32,000 nucleotides of DNA from Idiomarina loihiensis L2TR (GCF_000008465.1 NC_006512.1:1860001-1892000); one strand, 5' to 3'; shown: positions 1-9,510, counted from the first letter of the stretch. A program made the numbers and translations. The notes: generated from the letters alone by a model not told the origin.

Positions 1-1
1 G

Positions 2-502
2 TTTACTGCGGATAAGTCCATTTTAGTGCGTGCTGCGCGGGACAGTTATTTTATTCCCGAAGGCACACCATTAAATGTGCAGCTACTAAAATTCCAGCGT
101 CGTAAAGAACGCATCGGACTGGTTGTCGACGAATACGGCGACATTCAGGGACTCGTTACTCTGGAAGATATTCTGGAAGAAATTGTTGGTGACTTCACGA
201 CTTCTATGGCGCCGGCTCCCAGCGAATCTGTCACACTGGAAACTGACGGCAGCTTTTTAGTCGACGGCTCAGCTAACTTGCGTGAATTGAACAAAGAAAT
301 GAATTGGGATTTTCCGACTGATGGTCCAAAAACCTTAAGCGGCCTTATTATTGAACAGTTCGGAGATATTCCTGATGCCCGGTTGTCGCTGCGTTTAGGC
401 GGTTATCCGGTAGAGCTTGTTGAAATTGGTGACACCATGATAAAACAAATTAGAGTGTTTCCTGAGCTCTACCAAAAACCCGATAACCAGACCAATGACT
501 AA
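2..502 (+). CDS. HlyC/CorC (CNNM) family transporter, C-terminal fragment (CBS pair plus CorC_HlyC transporter-associated domain); 5' end lies off the window
   Basis: The frame is open from nt 2 with no upstream stop. It has the CBS-type signature VVDEYGDIQGLVTLEDILEEIVGDF followed by a CorC_HlyC-like tail. The track start at 26 is only the first in-frame GTG. Confidence 0.8.
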   Translation, partial: FTADKSILVRAARDSYFIPEGTPLNVQLLKFQRRKERIGLVVDEYGDIQGLVTLEDILEEIVGDFTTSMAPAPSESVTLETDGSFLVDGSANLRELNKEMNWDFPTDGPKTLSGLIIEQFGDIPDARLSLRLGGYPVELVEIGDTMIKQIRVFPELYQKPDNQTND

Positions 503-1137
503 CCGAAAAATAAACGCCATAGCCAGCCGTGCTTTAAATCTTCCTCACACTTATTCAATTGCGCGGCGTATGTCATAGAGCGGCTTTTTACAACCCTGGA
601 TACTTTTACCAGCCAGGGTTTCTTTAAATAAGACTTGCGCTGATAGCCACCCCAGCCTTCATGATAGTTAAGATATTGTCCGTAAGCATCCCATTTAGAT
701 ACCCCATTAATTTTATAGGTTTTTGCTATAAACCAACCCATAAAATCAATTGCATCTTCAAAGTCATCGCGACTGGCCCAACCGTTACCCGTTTCACGCT
801 GGTAATCTTCCCAGGTCATCGTTTTCGCCTGCGAGTAACCGTAAGCCGAACTCACCCGACCCCATGGAATAAAACCTAAAAGGTAGTCTCTGGGCGGCAA
901 AGCATTATGCTTGAAGGAACTCTCCTGATACATCATCGCCATTGGCACATGAATAGGCACGCCCCAGCGTTCACGCACATCGGCGGCCGCATGATACCAG
1001 TCTCGGTGTTCTTCAAAAATATGACAGACATTTTCAGGGTTTGCCGGCGGTGGCGTTGCACAACCACTGAGCGTCGCTACGAACAAAGCACTTACCAGTA
1101 CTTTCGGTTGAATAGGAAAAAAAAGTTTTATCGCCAT
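499..1137 (-). CDS. Lytic transglycosylase (SLT family)-like lipoprotein
   Basis: ATG start. Signal peptide ends in the lipobox L-S-G-C. MYQESSF (catalytic Glu-Ser), YGYSQ and NYHEG resemble SLT motifs I-III. Confidence 0.6.
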   Translation of the reverse strand: MAIKLFFPIQPKVLVSALFVATLSGCATPPPANPENVCHIFEEHRDWYHAAADVRERWGVPIHVPMAMMYQESSFKHNALPPRDYLLGFIPWGRVSSAYGYSQAKTMTWEDYQRETGNGWASRDDFEDAIDFMGWFIAKTYKINGVSKWDAYGQYLNYHEGWGGYQRKSYLKKPWLVKVSRVVKSRSMTYAAQLNKCEEDLKHGWLWRLFFG

Positions 1138-1165
1138 TGAACTTTATTCACTCGTTAAACTCTCA
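1138..1165 (+). promoter_or_regulatory. Candidate sigmaE (RpoE)-type promoter TGAACTT-N16-TCTCA
   Basis: GAACTT at 1139-1144, an exact 16-nt spacer, TCTCA at 1161-1165, and an A8 tract at 1117-1124 in UP-element position. Compare the consensus GGAACTT-N16-TCnAA. Confidence 0.4.
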
Positions 1166-1171
1166 GTAATT

Positions 1172-1258
1172 GAACACATGTTGTAGCTGATAAATGCATT
1201 CATGTTCATCCCCTGAACGTTTTATTGAACGCAGTCCAAATTTGGGCTGCGTTTTTTT
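1172..1258 (+). ncRNA. Candidate small RNA (MicA-like position and architecture), about 87 nt
   Basis: Bounded by the sigmaE-like promoter and a plus-strand intrinsic terminator, although both neighbouring genes are on the minus strand. Contains the CU-rich stretch UCAUCCCCUGAA and the AU-rich UUUUAUU just before the terminator. Convergent with gshA, as micA is in E. coli. Confidence 0.45.
1229..1258 (+). terminator. Rho-independent terminator (10-bp stem, AAUU loop, T7 tract on the plus strand)
   Basis: acgcagtcca/aatt/tgggctgcgt followed by ttttttt. On the minus strand the same hairpin lies 7 nt past the gshA stop but is followed by UUCAAUAAAA, a poor U-tract. Confidence 0.65.
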
Positions 1259-1265
1259 ATGTTTA

Positions 1266-2879
1266 TCAGTCAGCTACCTGGCCAGAGCGTTCCGCCTGTT
1301 TGAAATAATTTGCCAGAAACGTATCAAAGTCAACGTTATTGTCTTGCTGATAACGTTCTTCAAACGCTTGCTCTGATTCGGCCGCCCATTTAACAAAGTC
1401 ATCTTGTTTGTAGTAACTGAGCGGCTCATTTTTCAATTGCTCACGGTATTGCTTAGCCAACTGCATACCCAAATTACTGTTATCGCGGTCTTCTTCTTTG
1501 AGCAATCGTAAAATTTGGCCCGATAACGTACTTTCCGGATTTAATACCCACTCGTACAAATCCGCTAAATGATTCTGATACACTTTATTGCCTGAACTGT
1601 TATCCAGTGCTTTAGCAATTGAAGAGAAATCTGCAAACAGTTCTTCCAGCCAGTCAGCCATTAGGCGGTCAATGCCGTTTTGCTGCAAGCTTAGGCGCGG
1701 ATCACGCCCCTGCATAACCACTTTAGTAAAGTTCTTATCGGCTTGCTGCTGCTGTTCCCAGCTCATTTCTTCGCTTGGCTGTAATAAACAATGCAGAAGC
1801 ATTAAGTCCAGAAAGTGCATTTGTTGTGCTGTGATACCAACATCGCTAAACGGGTTCACGTCCAGCGCGCGAATTTCGACATATTCTACTCCGCCCCGCT
1901 CTAGAGCCTGGCTTGGCGTTTCACCATCGCGTGCTGTCTGTTTAGGACGAATTGGCGAGTAAAATTCATTCTCTATCTGCAGAATATTATCGTTAAGCTG
2001 ACGATAATCGTCGCCCACTTTTACACCGATTTTCGAAAACTGTGTAGAAGGAGTTGTAATTGCGCGACGCAGGCCTGTCACATACTCATCCAATGAGTTA
2101 TACGTGATTTTCAGCGTTGCCTGTTCTTTATTGGTATAACCTAAGTCGCTCATTCGCAACGACGTACCATAAGGCAAAAATACCGTGCCTTTACCTACTG
2201 TATCAAAATCCCATTTTTGCAGAATCTCTTCGTTTTTTGTCTGACTGAAAAACGATTTACACAAAGCGGGTGAAGCGCCAAACAAGTAAGGAATAACCCA
2301 GGCAACGCGCTTGAAGTTACGGATGAGAGCGAAATAGCGTTCCGTACGGAAGCTCTGATTATTACTAACGCCTTCAATCTCTGCTAACTCTTCCCACATC
2401 GCATCGGACACAGAAAAATTGTAATGCACCCCGGCAATAACCTGCATAGTGGCGCCGTAGCGATATGTCAGACCACGCCGGTAAAGGCTTTTCATACGTC
2501 CCGAGTGCGAGTCACCATATTTAGCGATACGAATATCGTCATCTGAGCCAATATAGCAAGGCATGCTCATAGGCCACAGCAACTCGTCATTAATGGCGTT
2601 ATAAGCCACCCGATGAATATCCCGGAGTTGTGACAGCGTTGTGTCAATATCGGAGGCAACCGGAGTAATGAACTCAAGTAGGTTTTCTGAGTAATCGGTT
2701 GTAATGGTTGGATGGGTCAGGGTTTTTCCCAGTTCCTGGGGATGGTCACCCGGCGCCAGCGTTCCATTTTCTTTTATTCGCAAAGCTTCACGTTCAATAC
2801 CACGCTTAATGCCCTGCCAAACTGCTGTTTTACCCGATTGCTTAAGCTTTTCGATAACTGCTTGAAATGTTGCTTGCAA
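1266..2879 (-). CDS. gshA: Glutamate--cysteine ligase
   Basis: Collinear with remembered E. coli GshA (GIKRGIEREALR, THPxITTDYSENLLEFITP, ISGVHYNFS-type blocks). TTG start at 2879 with GGAG 7 nt upstream. Confidence 0.97.
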   Translation of the reverse strand: MQATFQAVIEKLKQSGKTAVWQGIKRGIEREALRIKENGTLAPGDHPQELGKTLTHPTITTDYSENLLEFITPVASDIDTTLSQLRDIHRVAYNAINDELLWPMSMPCYIGSDDDIRIAKYGDSHSGRMKSLYRRGLTYRYGATMQVIAGVHYNFSVSDAMWEELAEIEGVSNNQSFRTERYFALIRNFKRVAWVIPYLFGASPALCKSFFSQTKNEEILQKWDFDTVGKGTVFLPYGTSLRMSDLGYTNKEQATLKITYNSLDEYVTGLRRAITTPSTQFSKIGVKVGDDYRQLNDNILQIENEFYSPIRPKQTARDGETPSQALERGGVEYVEIRALDVNPFSDVGITAQQMHFLDLMLLHCLLQPSEEMSWEQQQQADKNFTKVVMQGRDPRLSLQQNGIDRLMADWLEELFADFSSIAKALDNSSGNKVYQNHLADLYEWVLNPESTLSGQILRLLKEEDRDNSNLGMQLAKQYREQLKNEPLSYYKQDDFVKWAAESEQAFEERYQQDNNVDFDTFLANYFKQAERSGQVAD

Positions 2880-3047
2880 AAGACAACTCCATTCACTGAG
2901 ACGGAAGGTTTTCTGCCGCTAAGCTTACTGGTAATTCGCTAAAAGGTCTATGGTTGTCACCCTTAATTTGACCACATAACTTGGCGATTACGGCTCAACG
3001 TGGCAGACTAGCTACTGTTTATCTAACCTTTCGGTTACGGATCAACC

Positions 3048-5648
3048 ATGAATTCATTCTGGACTTTTTTACAGCTCATTTTTGTCATTCTTCAGGTAAC
3101 CAGTCTTGCGTTATATGCCCTGTTACCTGCCCCCTGGAGTGACACTGTATTAGTCGCGATGATTCTGTTCAGTTTAATTATTGGCATTGTCATTTGGTGG
3201 TGGTCCCGACGTAACGCACTGACTGCGCCTTTTCGGCAACCCTTTTTATCGTCAGACTCGTTACAACTGTTTGAACAAGTTTTTAATGACCTGCCAACCC
3301 GGGTTTACTGGCGCGATCCTGAGTTAAAACTTTTAGGGGGAAACCGCGCTTTTGCCAATGACTTTGGTATTGATCCTGAGTCTCTGGCCGGTAAAACGGA
3401 TGCTGAAATCGATTCCCTTGCCAGTAATGACGTATTACTGGAGCGCGACAGAAAAACCTTTAGTCAGCAGGCACCTTCCGTTAATGCAGAAATCGAACTA
3501 AAAGTGAGCGGTAAGAGTCAATGGGTCGAGCATTCCAGTGTTCCACTTTACGATGACGACCACAATATTATCGGCATCCTCGGTAGCTACTACGATATAT
3601 CCGGTATTAAATCGGTCGCTGAAGAAATGGAAAAAGCCAAAGAAACCGCCGAACGTGCTAATCAGTCAAAAGGTGAATTTCTGGCGAATATGAGCCATGA
3701 AATTCGCACACCAATTAACGCTATCGTCGGTATGGCAAACCTTTGCCTGAAAACCGAACTTACGCAAAAACAAAAACGCTACATCAAAGTCATCGACTCC
3801 TCTTCGCAAGCTTTACTAGGCGTTATTAATGACATTCTCGATTTTTCGAAAATTGACGCGGGTAAGTTAACTGTCGAGCGCATTCCTTTCGACTTGCAGG
3901 ACGTATTGACCTCACTGGCGGATATGTTTGCGTACCGGGCTTACGATAAAGACCTCGAGTTTATTATTAACTTACCGGCCAATATACCAACGCGTTTAAT
4001 TGGTGACCCACTGCGCTTAAATCAGGTGCTGGTTAACCTAATTAGTAATGCCATTAAGTTTACCGAAGACGGTGAAATCAATGTTGCCGTTAACCTGCTG
4101 GACAGTTCCCGGGATAATGTTTTATTACGGATATCGGTTACCGATACCGGTATTGGTATGGATGAAGAACAGCGCGCCAACCTCTTTAAAGCCTTTACTC
4201 AGGCAGATACTTCTACAACCCGTAAGTATGGGGGTACCGGCCTTGGCTTAGCCATTTCCCGACGTCTTATTTTATTAATGGGCGGCGATATCGGCGTAAC
4301 CAGCGCCGCCGGTCAGGGCTCTACATTTTATATCGAAGTAGAGCTGCCGTTACAGACAGAGCAGGACAACAGTCATCATCAGTATCTTTTGCAGAAACTT
4401 AAAGGTGTTCGAATTCTCGCCATTGATGACAACTTAAGTACCCGCGAAATGCTCTATGAAATGCTGCGCAGTTATCAGGTTGACGTAAAAGTTTGTCGAA
4501 CAGCGGAACAAGCCTTGCAAGTGTTTCAGCTGTCTGTCGAGGACAACAATCCTTATCAACTGGTTTTGGTTGACTGGCGTTTGCCGGGTATGGATGGTCT
4601 GGAATTTTGCCAGAAGATAACCGAACGTTATGCAGAAGACATTCGGCCGAAAATGACTCTGGCAACGGGATATTACGCTGAAGAATTATCAGAAAAGGCG
4701 AAACAAGCAGGCGTCAATGACATCATTTCAAAACCCTTTACCGCGTCAACATTAGGTAGAAGCCTGACCTCAACATTATTTCAGCGAGAGCTCTCCGATG
4801 CGGACGATGCTGACAGTGGTGACGGCATCCCGGAAAGTATTTTGCGAGCGCCTATTTTGGTGGTAGAGGACAATGAGATTAACCAGCAAGTCGCCAGAGA
4901 AATTCTCTCAAGCCACAAGTTTAAAGTGGATATAGTGGAAAATGGGCAGCTAGCAGTAGAAGCCGTTCATAACAAAAATTATTCGCTGGTATTAATGGAC
5001 ATTCAAATGCCGGTCATGGACGGGCTGAAAGCGGCGCAAACAATCCGCGCCGACTTCAATTATCAGCAGCTTCCTATTCTGGCAATGACGGCCAATGCAA
5101 TGAGTGGCGACGAGGAGCGTTCACTTGCCGCAGGTATGCAAGGACATATTGCTAAACCAATTGATGAACAACAACTGATTAAAGCCATTATTAAATGGGC
5201 TGTCCCGGGTGACTACACCAATAACCAACAACCAGAAGTACCACCAGAATCTAAACAGGATGAGGTTAATAAACCGCCGGTTCGTATTCCACAAGTGAAG
5301 GGCATTGAGTTTGAAACGGCATTAAAACGTTTACAGTACAATGTTGAGCTTTATCTGAAATTAGTAGAGCAGCTGTATGAAACCTACCAGGGTAGCGCTA
5401 CTAAAGTCTCTGACTTTATTACCCGGGGGCAGCATGAAAGTGCGCGCCGCTATTTTCATTCGTTAAAGGGAGCTGCCGCGAATCTTGGCTTTACTCAGTT
5501 ACAAAGCAAAGCCGCCGACTTAGAGCAATTTATGGCAGAGGGTAATATCGATAAAGTCGCTGACCAGATCACTGAACTGGAAAAACGTTTACGCTATGCG
5601 CATCAGGCGGCTGTCGACTTAGAAGCCATTCAACAACATCAGTCTTGA
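3048..5648 (+). CDS. Hybrid sensor histidine kinase/response regulator (2 TM - PAS - HisKA - HATPase - REC - REC - Hpt)
   Basis: H-box [15 protein letters not shown]-box [10 protein letters not shown]-boxes DTGIGM and [13 protein letters not shown]. Two receiver domains ([13 protein letters not shown] and [13 protein letters not shown]). Hpt motif [11 protein letters not shown]. Confidence 0.9.
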   Translation: MNSFWTFLQLIFVILQVTSLALYALLPAPWSDTVLVAMILFSLIIGIVIWWWSRRNALTAPFRQPFLSSDSLQLFEQVFNDLPTRVYWRDPELKLLGGNRAFANDFGIDPESLAGKTDAEIDSLASNDVLLERDRKTFSQQAPSVNAEIELKVSGKSQWVEHSSVPLYDDDHNIIGILGSYYDISGIKSVAEEMEKAKETAERANQSKGEFLANMSHEIRTPINAIVGMANLCLKTELTQKQKRYIKVIDSSSQALLGVINDILDFSKIDAGKLTVERIPFDLQDVLTSLADMFAYRAYDKDLEFIINLPANIPTRLIGDPLRLNQVLVNLISNAIKFTEDGEINVAVNLLDSSRDNVLLRISVTDTGIGMDEEQRANLFKAFTQADTSTTRKYGGTGLGLAISRRLILLMGGDIGVTSAAGQGSTFYIEVELPLQTEQDNSHHQYLLQKLKGVRILAIDDNLSTREMLYEMLRSYQVDVKVCRTAEQALQVFQLSVEDNNPYQLVLVDWRLPGMDGLEFCQKITERYAEDIRPKMTLATGYYAEELSEKAKQAGVNDIISKPFTASTLGRSLTSTLFQRELSDADDADSGDGIPESILRAPILVVEDNEINQQVAREILSSHKFKVDIVENGQLAVEAVHNKNYSLVLMDIQMPVMDGLKAAQTIRADFNYQQLPILAMTANAMSGDEERSLAAGMQGHIAKPIDEQQLIKAIIKWAVPGDYTNNQQPEVPPESKQDEVNKPPVRIPQVKGIEFETALKRLQYNVELYLKLVEQLYETYQGSATKVSDFITRGQHESARRYFHSLKGAAANLGFTQLQSKAADLEQFMAEGNIDKVADQITELEKRLRYAHQAAVDLEAIQQHQS

Positions 5649-5657
5649 GGAATTACT

Positions 5658-5831
5658 ATGATCCGCTATTTTTTTATTATTCCGCTGCTGCTCAGTCTGA
5701 TTTGGTTGCTGTATTTACGCGCTAATGGCTGGAGTATCAAACAAGGTTACAAAGGCTTTGTGTATATTGCGGTTATAAGCGCTGTCATCGCCGCTTTTTA
5801 CACGGCGATGATGTTTCTGACCGGGCGTTAA
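5658..5831 (+). CDS. Small hypothetical membrane protein, 57 aa, two predicted TM helices (below the ORF-track cutoff)
   Basis: ATG at 5658 with GAGG 7 nt upstream, 9 nt after the kinase stop. Translates to [57 protein letters not shown]. Confidence 0.5.
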   Translation: MIRYFFIIPLLLSLIWLLYLRANGWSIKQGYKGFVYIAVISAVIAAFYTAMMFLTGR

Positions 5832-6955
5832 ACCAATGCCAGTAAAACCCCCGCTGCAACTGCTGAGCCTAATACTCCGGCTACGTTAGGTCCCATCGCA
5901 TGCATTAACAGGAAGTTTTGCTGATTAGCCTGTAAACCAACCTTATTAACCACCCGTGCTGCCATAGGTACAGCGGATACTCCAGCAGCACCAATTAACG
6001 GGTTAATCGGGTCTTTGCTGAATTTCCCCATTAATTTCGCCATTAAAATACCACTGGCAGTTCCTATCGCAAATGCAACGGCACCTAATACCAAAATACC
6101 CAGCGTTTGGAAGCTGAGAAATTGCTCCGCCTGCAATTTAGAACCCACAGCCAAACCGAGAAAGATGGTCACTATATTAATCAGCTCGTTCTGAGTGGTT
6201 TTCGTTAAGCGCTCCACTACGCCAGATTCACGCATTAAGTTACCCAGACAGAACATGCCTACCAGGGGCGTTGCTGAAGGCAAAAACAGCAGCGTTAACC
6301 CCATAGCTATTAACGGGAAGAAAAGCTTCTCACGACGAGCTACCGGCCGTAACTGCTCCATTTTAATCTCACGCTCGGCCTGAGTTGTCAGCAGTTTCAT
6401 TATTGGCGGCTGGATAATAGGCACCAGCGCCATATATGAGTACGCTGCAACAGCAATAGCTCCCAATAAATCCGGTGCCAGCTTCGACGCCAGGAAAATA
6501 GCAGTGGGGCCATCAGCGCCGCCTATAATTGAAATAGCTGCCGCATCGGACATCGAAAACTCAATGCCCGGTATGCCATTCAAAGCAATAGCTCCAAACA
6601 AGGTAGCAAAGATACCGAACTGAGCCGCCCCACCCAAAAACAACATTTTAGGGTTTGCCAGCAAGGGACCAAAATCGGTTAACGCTCCAACTCCCATAAA
6701 AATAAGCAAAGGGAACACACCGGTATCGATACCAACGCTATACACGTAATAAAGAACCCCGCCTGGCTCAGTGAAGCCGCCTAAGGGGATATTTGCCAGT
6801 ATTGCGCCAAAACCAATAGGTAATAGTAATAGAGGTTCAAATTTCTTTGAGATTGCTAAATACAACAACAATCCCCCCACCAGAATCATGCTGAACTGGC
6901 CGAATGTCATTGCAGCAATGCCGGTGGTTTCCCATAAAATCTGCAGCTTTTCCAT
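5828..6955 (-). CDS. oadB: Oxaloacetate decarboxylase (Na+-translocating) beta subunit
   Basis: Polytopic membrane protein of the sodium-ion-translocating decarboxylase beta family. Lies directly downstream of oadA in an oadGAB arrangement. Confidence 0.93.
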   Translation of the reverse strand: MEKLQILWETTGIAAMTFGQFSMILVGGLLLYLAISKKFEPLLLLPIGFGAILANIPLGGFTEPGGVLYYVYSVGIDTGVFPLLIFMGVGALTDFGPLLANPKMLFLGGAAQFGIFATLFGAIALNGIPGIEFSMSDAAAISIIGGADGPTAIFLASKLAPDLLGAIAVAAYSYMALVPIIQPPIMKLLTTQAEREIKMEQLRPVARREKLFFPLIAMGLTLLFLPSATPLVGMFCLGNLMRESGVVERLTKTTQNELINIVTIFLGLAVGSKLQAEQFLSFQTLGILVLGAVAFAIGTASGILMAKLMGKFSKDPINPLIGAAGVSAVPMAARVVNKVGLQANQQNFLLMHAMGPNVAGVLGSAVAAGVLLALV

Positions 6956-6956
6956 A

Positions 6957-8768
6957 TCAGCCTACCGTCACCAGAGCATCACCCACGGTCACTGCGTCAC
7001 CTTCTTTTACATGAAGAGACTGAACAGTGCCGTCTTTTGGCGCTTTAATATCGGTTTCCATTTTCATCGCTTCCATTACTAAGACGACGTCGCCGGCTTT
7101 GATTGCAGCACCCTCTTTGGCTACAACTTTAAAAATATTACCGGCTAATGGCGCTTTTATGGTTTCACCCTCGCCTGATCCACCTGATGAGTCCTGCGAT
7201 GGCTCAGGTGATGATTGCGAAGACTCTGCTGAGGATGATGACTTCACAGAGTCGAGCTGACCCGCTGGGCCAACTTTTACATTATAACGCTTACCCTCAA
7301 CCTCAACTTCGTATTGCTCAACATCTCCGGTTGCTTTTGGAGCTGCCTGCTCTTTAGATTCCGTTTGCTCTTCAGGCTCTTCTCCGGGCGCCGGCTCAAA
7401 AGCATCCGGGTTATCACGGTTCTTCAGGAATTTAAGCCCAATTTGCGGAAACAGTGCATAAGTTAAGACATCATCAACAACATCATCCGCTAAACGAATA
7501 TCTTCATCTGTCGCTTTATCTTTTAGCTCTTTGGTCAGCGCATCCAGTTCGTTATCCAGTAAATCCGCCGGGCGACAGGTAATAGGTTCTTCACCGTCCA
7601 GAACGCGCTTCTGCAAGTCTTTATTAACTTCTGCAGCGGTTGCTCCATATTCACCTTTAAGAACCGCAGCAGTTTCTTTAGAGATATTCTCGTAACGTTC
7701 ACCGCTCAACACGTTCAGAACCGCCTGGGTTCCTACAATTTGTGAGGTTGGCGTAACCAAAGGGATAAATCCAAGATCTTCACGTACCTTCGGAATCTCT
7801 TTTAAAACTTCATCAAATTTATCCAGCGCACCCTGCTCTTTTAACTGTCCTTCCATATTGGTCAGCATACCTCCCGGTACCTGAGCCAGAAGAATGCGCG
7901 CATCAACCCCTTTGAGAGAACCTTCAAACTTAGCGTATTTCTTACGCACATCGCGGAAATAGCTGGCTACTTCAGCTAAGTCAGGTAATGACAAGCCTGT
8001 GTCCCGGTCGGTATTCTCTGTCATTGCAACCAGGGTTTCTGTTGGCGAATGGCCGTAAGTCATACTCATTGACGAAATGGCGGTATCCAGCATATCGATA
8101 CCAGCATCAATGGCTTTTTGGTAGGTTGCCACACTTAAGCCCGTTGTTGCATGACACTGCATAGCAATTGGCAAGTCCGTCTTTTCCTTCAACGCGCTAA
8201 CGAGTTCATAGGCGTCGTTAGGCCTTAACAAGCCAGCCATATCTTTAATGAATAACGAGTCACAGCCTAAATCTTCCAATTCCTGTGCCATTGCTACCCA
8301 TTTATCCAGCGTATGGACCGGGCTGACAGTATAAGCGAGAGTGCCCTGCGCATGGCCATCAACGTCTTTTGCCGCTTTTATTGCTGTTTTTAAATTTCGA
8401 ACATCGTTCATCGCATCAAAAATACGAAAAACATCAACACCATTTTCTTTTGCACGCTCGACAAAACGCTTCACCACATCATCGGCGTAATGCCTATATC
8501 CCAGCAGGTTTTGCCCTCGAAGCAGCATTTGCTGACGAGTATTCGGCATAGCCTTTTTCAGTTCACGAATGCGTTCCCAGGGATCTTCACCAAGGTAGCG
8601 AATACAAGAATCAAAAGTCGCACCACCCCAGGACTCCATTGACCAGTAGCCGATGCTGTCGAGCTTTTCAGCAATGGGAAGCATGTCGTCCAGACGCATA
8701 CGCGTTGCGAGTAGTGACTGATGTGCGTCACGAAGCACCAACTCTGTTAGTAACAGGGGTTTACTCAT
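6957..8768 (-). CDS. oadA: Oxaloacetate decarboxylase alpha subunit (carboxyltransferase plus biotinyl carrier domain)
   Basis: N-terminal TIM-barrel carboxyltransferase block ([14 protein letters not shown]). C-terminal biotin attachment motif EAMKMET. Its ATGA start overlaps oadG. Confidence 0.95.
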   Translation of the reverse strand: MSKPLLLTELVLRDAHQSLLATRMRLDDMLPIAEKLDSIGYWSMESWGGATFDSCIRYLGEDPWERIRELKKAMPNTRQQMLLRGQNLLGYRHYADDVVKRFVERAKENGVDVFRIFDAMNDVRNLKTAIKAAKDVDGHAQGTLAYTVSPVHTLDKWVAMAQELEDLGCDSLFIKDMAGLLRPNDAYELVSALKEKTDLPIAMQCHATTGLSVATYQKAIDAGIDMLDTAISSMSMTYGHSPTETLVAMTENTDRDTGLSLPDLAEVASYFRDVRKKYAKFEGSLKGVDARILLAQVPGGMLTNMEGQLKEQGALDKFDEVLKEIPKVREDLGFIPLVTPTSQIVGTQAVLNVLSGERYENISKETAAVLKGEYGATAAEVNKDLQKRVLDGEEPITCRPADLLDNELDALTKELKDKATDEDIRLADDVVDDVLTYALFPQIGLKFLKNRDNPDAFEPAPGEEPEEQTESKEQAAPKATGDVEQYEVEVEGKRYNVKVGPAGQLDSVKSSSSAESSQSSPEPSQDSSGGSGEGETIKAPLAGNIFKVVAKEGAAIKAGDVVLVMEAMKMETDIKAPKDGTVQSLHVKEGDAVTVGDALVTVG

Positions 8769-9028
8769 TGTAATTTCTCCTTGTTATTCGCTGCTTTTTT
8801 GCCTTGACGATAACGGTGTACCGCAGCAGAAATTGCAGCCAGTACCGCAGGACTTGCTGCATCAGAGCTATTACTTTCGACTGAAGGCTGAGTACTGGCA
8901 ACAGGCTCTGGTGTTGGGATCAGGCGTTTCATAACGCTCATGGCAACGACCAGTAAGCAAAGAAAGATGATGACTGCGCCCATGCCTACCAGCATGAGTT
9001 GCGCAGCTTGACTGAGCAATTCTGACAC
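8765..9028 (-). CDS. oadG: Oxaloacetate decarboxylase gamma subunit
   Basis: Single N-terminal TM helix ([17 protein letters not shown]) typical of OadG. GTG start with AGGAG 6 nt upstream. 4-nt overlap with oadA. Confidence 0.8.
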   Translation of the reverse strand: MSELLSQAAQLMLVGMGAVIIFLCLLVVAMSVMKRLIPTPEPVASTQPSVESNSSDAASPAVLAAISAAVHRYRQGKKAANNKEKLQ

Positions 9029-9204
9029 GAAGCACTCCTGATTGGTTGCTAAGGTATTGTTATAAAATTATTAAATACCATGGTAGCAAGTCACGCAAGG
9101 AGATACAGCAGTAAATAGTGGGTATTCAGGATTTAAATGAGATTAAAAAATATTCAAAGGGATTAATGTGCAAAAAAGATAATTAAGGGGGATATAAAGA
9201 AGAA

Positions 9205-9281
9205 TGGCGCGCTCGGGAGGACTCGAACCTCCAACCGCCTGGTTCGTAGCCAGGTACTCTATCCAGTTGAGCTACGAGCGC
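9205..9281 (-). tRNA. tRNA-Arg (anticodon ACG), copy 1
   Basis: 77-nt cloverleaf read on the minus strand: GCGCTCGTAGCTCAACTGGATAGAGTACCTGGCTACGAACCAGG...GGTTCGAGTCCTCC...CCA, with anticodon loop CTACGAA. Confidence 0.95.
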
Positions 9282-9302
9282 GTATTCAGGTTAGTAACAA
9301 TA

Positions 9303-9379
9303 TGGCGCGCTCGGGAGGATTCGAACCTCCGACCGCCTGGTTCGTAGCCAGGTACTCTATCCAGCTGAGCTACGAGCGC
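9303..9379 (-). tRNA. tRNA-Arg (anticodon ACG), copy 2
   Basis: Same 77-nt gene with 3 substitutions (D-loop, variable region, T-loop). 21-nt spacer to copy 1. Confidence 0.95.
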
Positions 9380-9400
9380 GTAATTGTTACTGTAAACGAC

Positions 9401-9493
9401 TGGCGGAGAGGGAGGGATTCGAACCCTCGATAGGGCTACAAACCCTATACTCCCTTAGCAGGGGAGCGCCTTCAGCCACTCGGCCACCTCTCC
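9401..9493 (-). tRNA. tRNA-Ser (anticodon GCT), long variable arm
   Basis: 93 nt on the minus strand: GGAGAGGTGGCCGAGTGGCTGAAGGCGCTCCCCTGCTAAGGGAG...GGTTCGAATCCCTCCCTCTCCGCCA. Confidence 0.95.
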
Positions 9494-9510
9494 AAATCGT
9501 TGTGGCGTGA

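Noticed and set aside
1194-1376. 60-aa plus-strand ORF spanning the gshA-downstream hairpin and the gshA 3' end.
   Set aside because: It has no RBS, runs through an intrinsic terminator and is antisense to conserved gshA codons. A noncoding transcript explains the region better.
1588-1962. 124-aa ORF antisense to gshA. Similar long antisense or alternate-frame ORFs occur inside alaS (10795-11136, 11426-11695, 11826-12188, 11860-12246), trpG (27124-27468), trpD (28080-28403) and trpC (28953-29324).
   Set aside because: All are embedded in strongly conserved genes, have Cys/Ser/Arg-rich low-complexity translations and lack RBSs. This is the usual pattern for chance open frames opposite coding sequence.
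3001-3016. TGGCAG...GC string upstream of the kinase gene, considered as a sigma54 promoter.
   Set aside because: The GG-to-GC spacing is 7 nt, not the required 10, so it does not fit the -24/-12 geometry.
7160-7260. Ser/Glu/Gly-rich low-complexity stretch ([26 protein letters not shown]) on the minus strand.
   Set aside because: It sits exactly where OadA has its flexible linker before the biotinyl domain. This is a compositional variant of the usual Ala/Pro linker, not a separate feature.
9052-9079. GGTATT-N16-AATACC inverted repeat in the oad promoter region.
   Set aside because: The arms are short (6 bp) and lie in a very AT-rich spacer. It may be an operator, but I cannot distinguish it from chance by eye.
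9118-9186. 22-codon GTG ORF downstream of an AAGGAG in the oadG-tRNA spacer.
   Set aside because: The SD-to-start spacing is about 14 nt, the peptide is unremarkable, and the AAGGAG is more likely chance sequence in an AT-rich promoter region.
9029-9500. tRNA cluster as a possible genomic-island integration site.
   Set aside because: No integrase, no duplicated tRNA 3' end that I can see, and the neighbouring genes (oadGAB, csrA) are chromosomal housekeeping. The spacers are under 200 bp.
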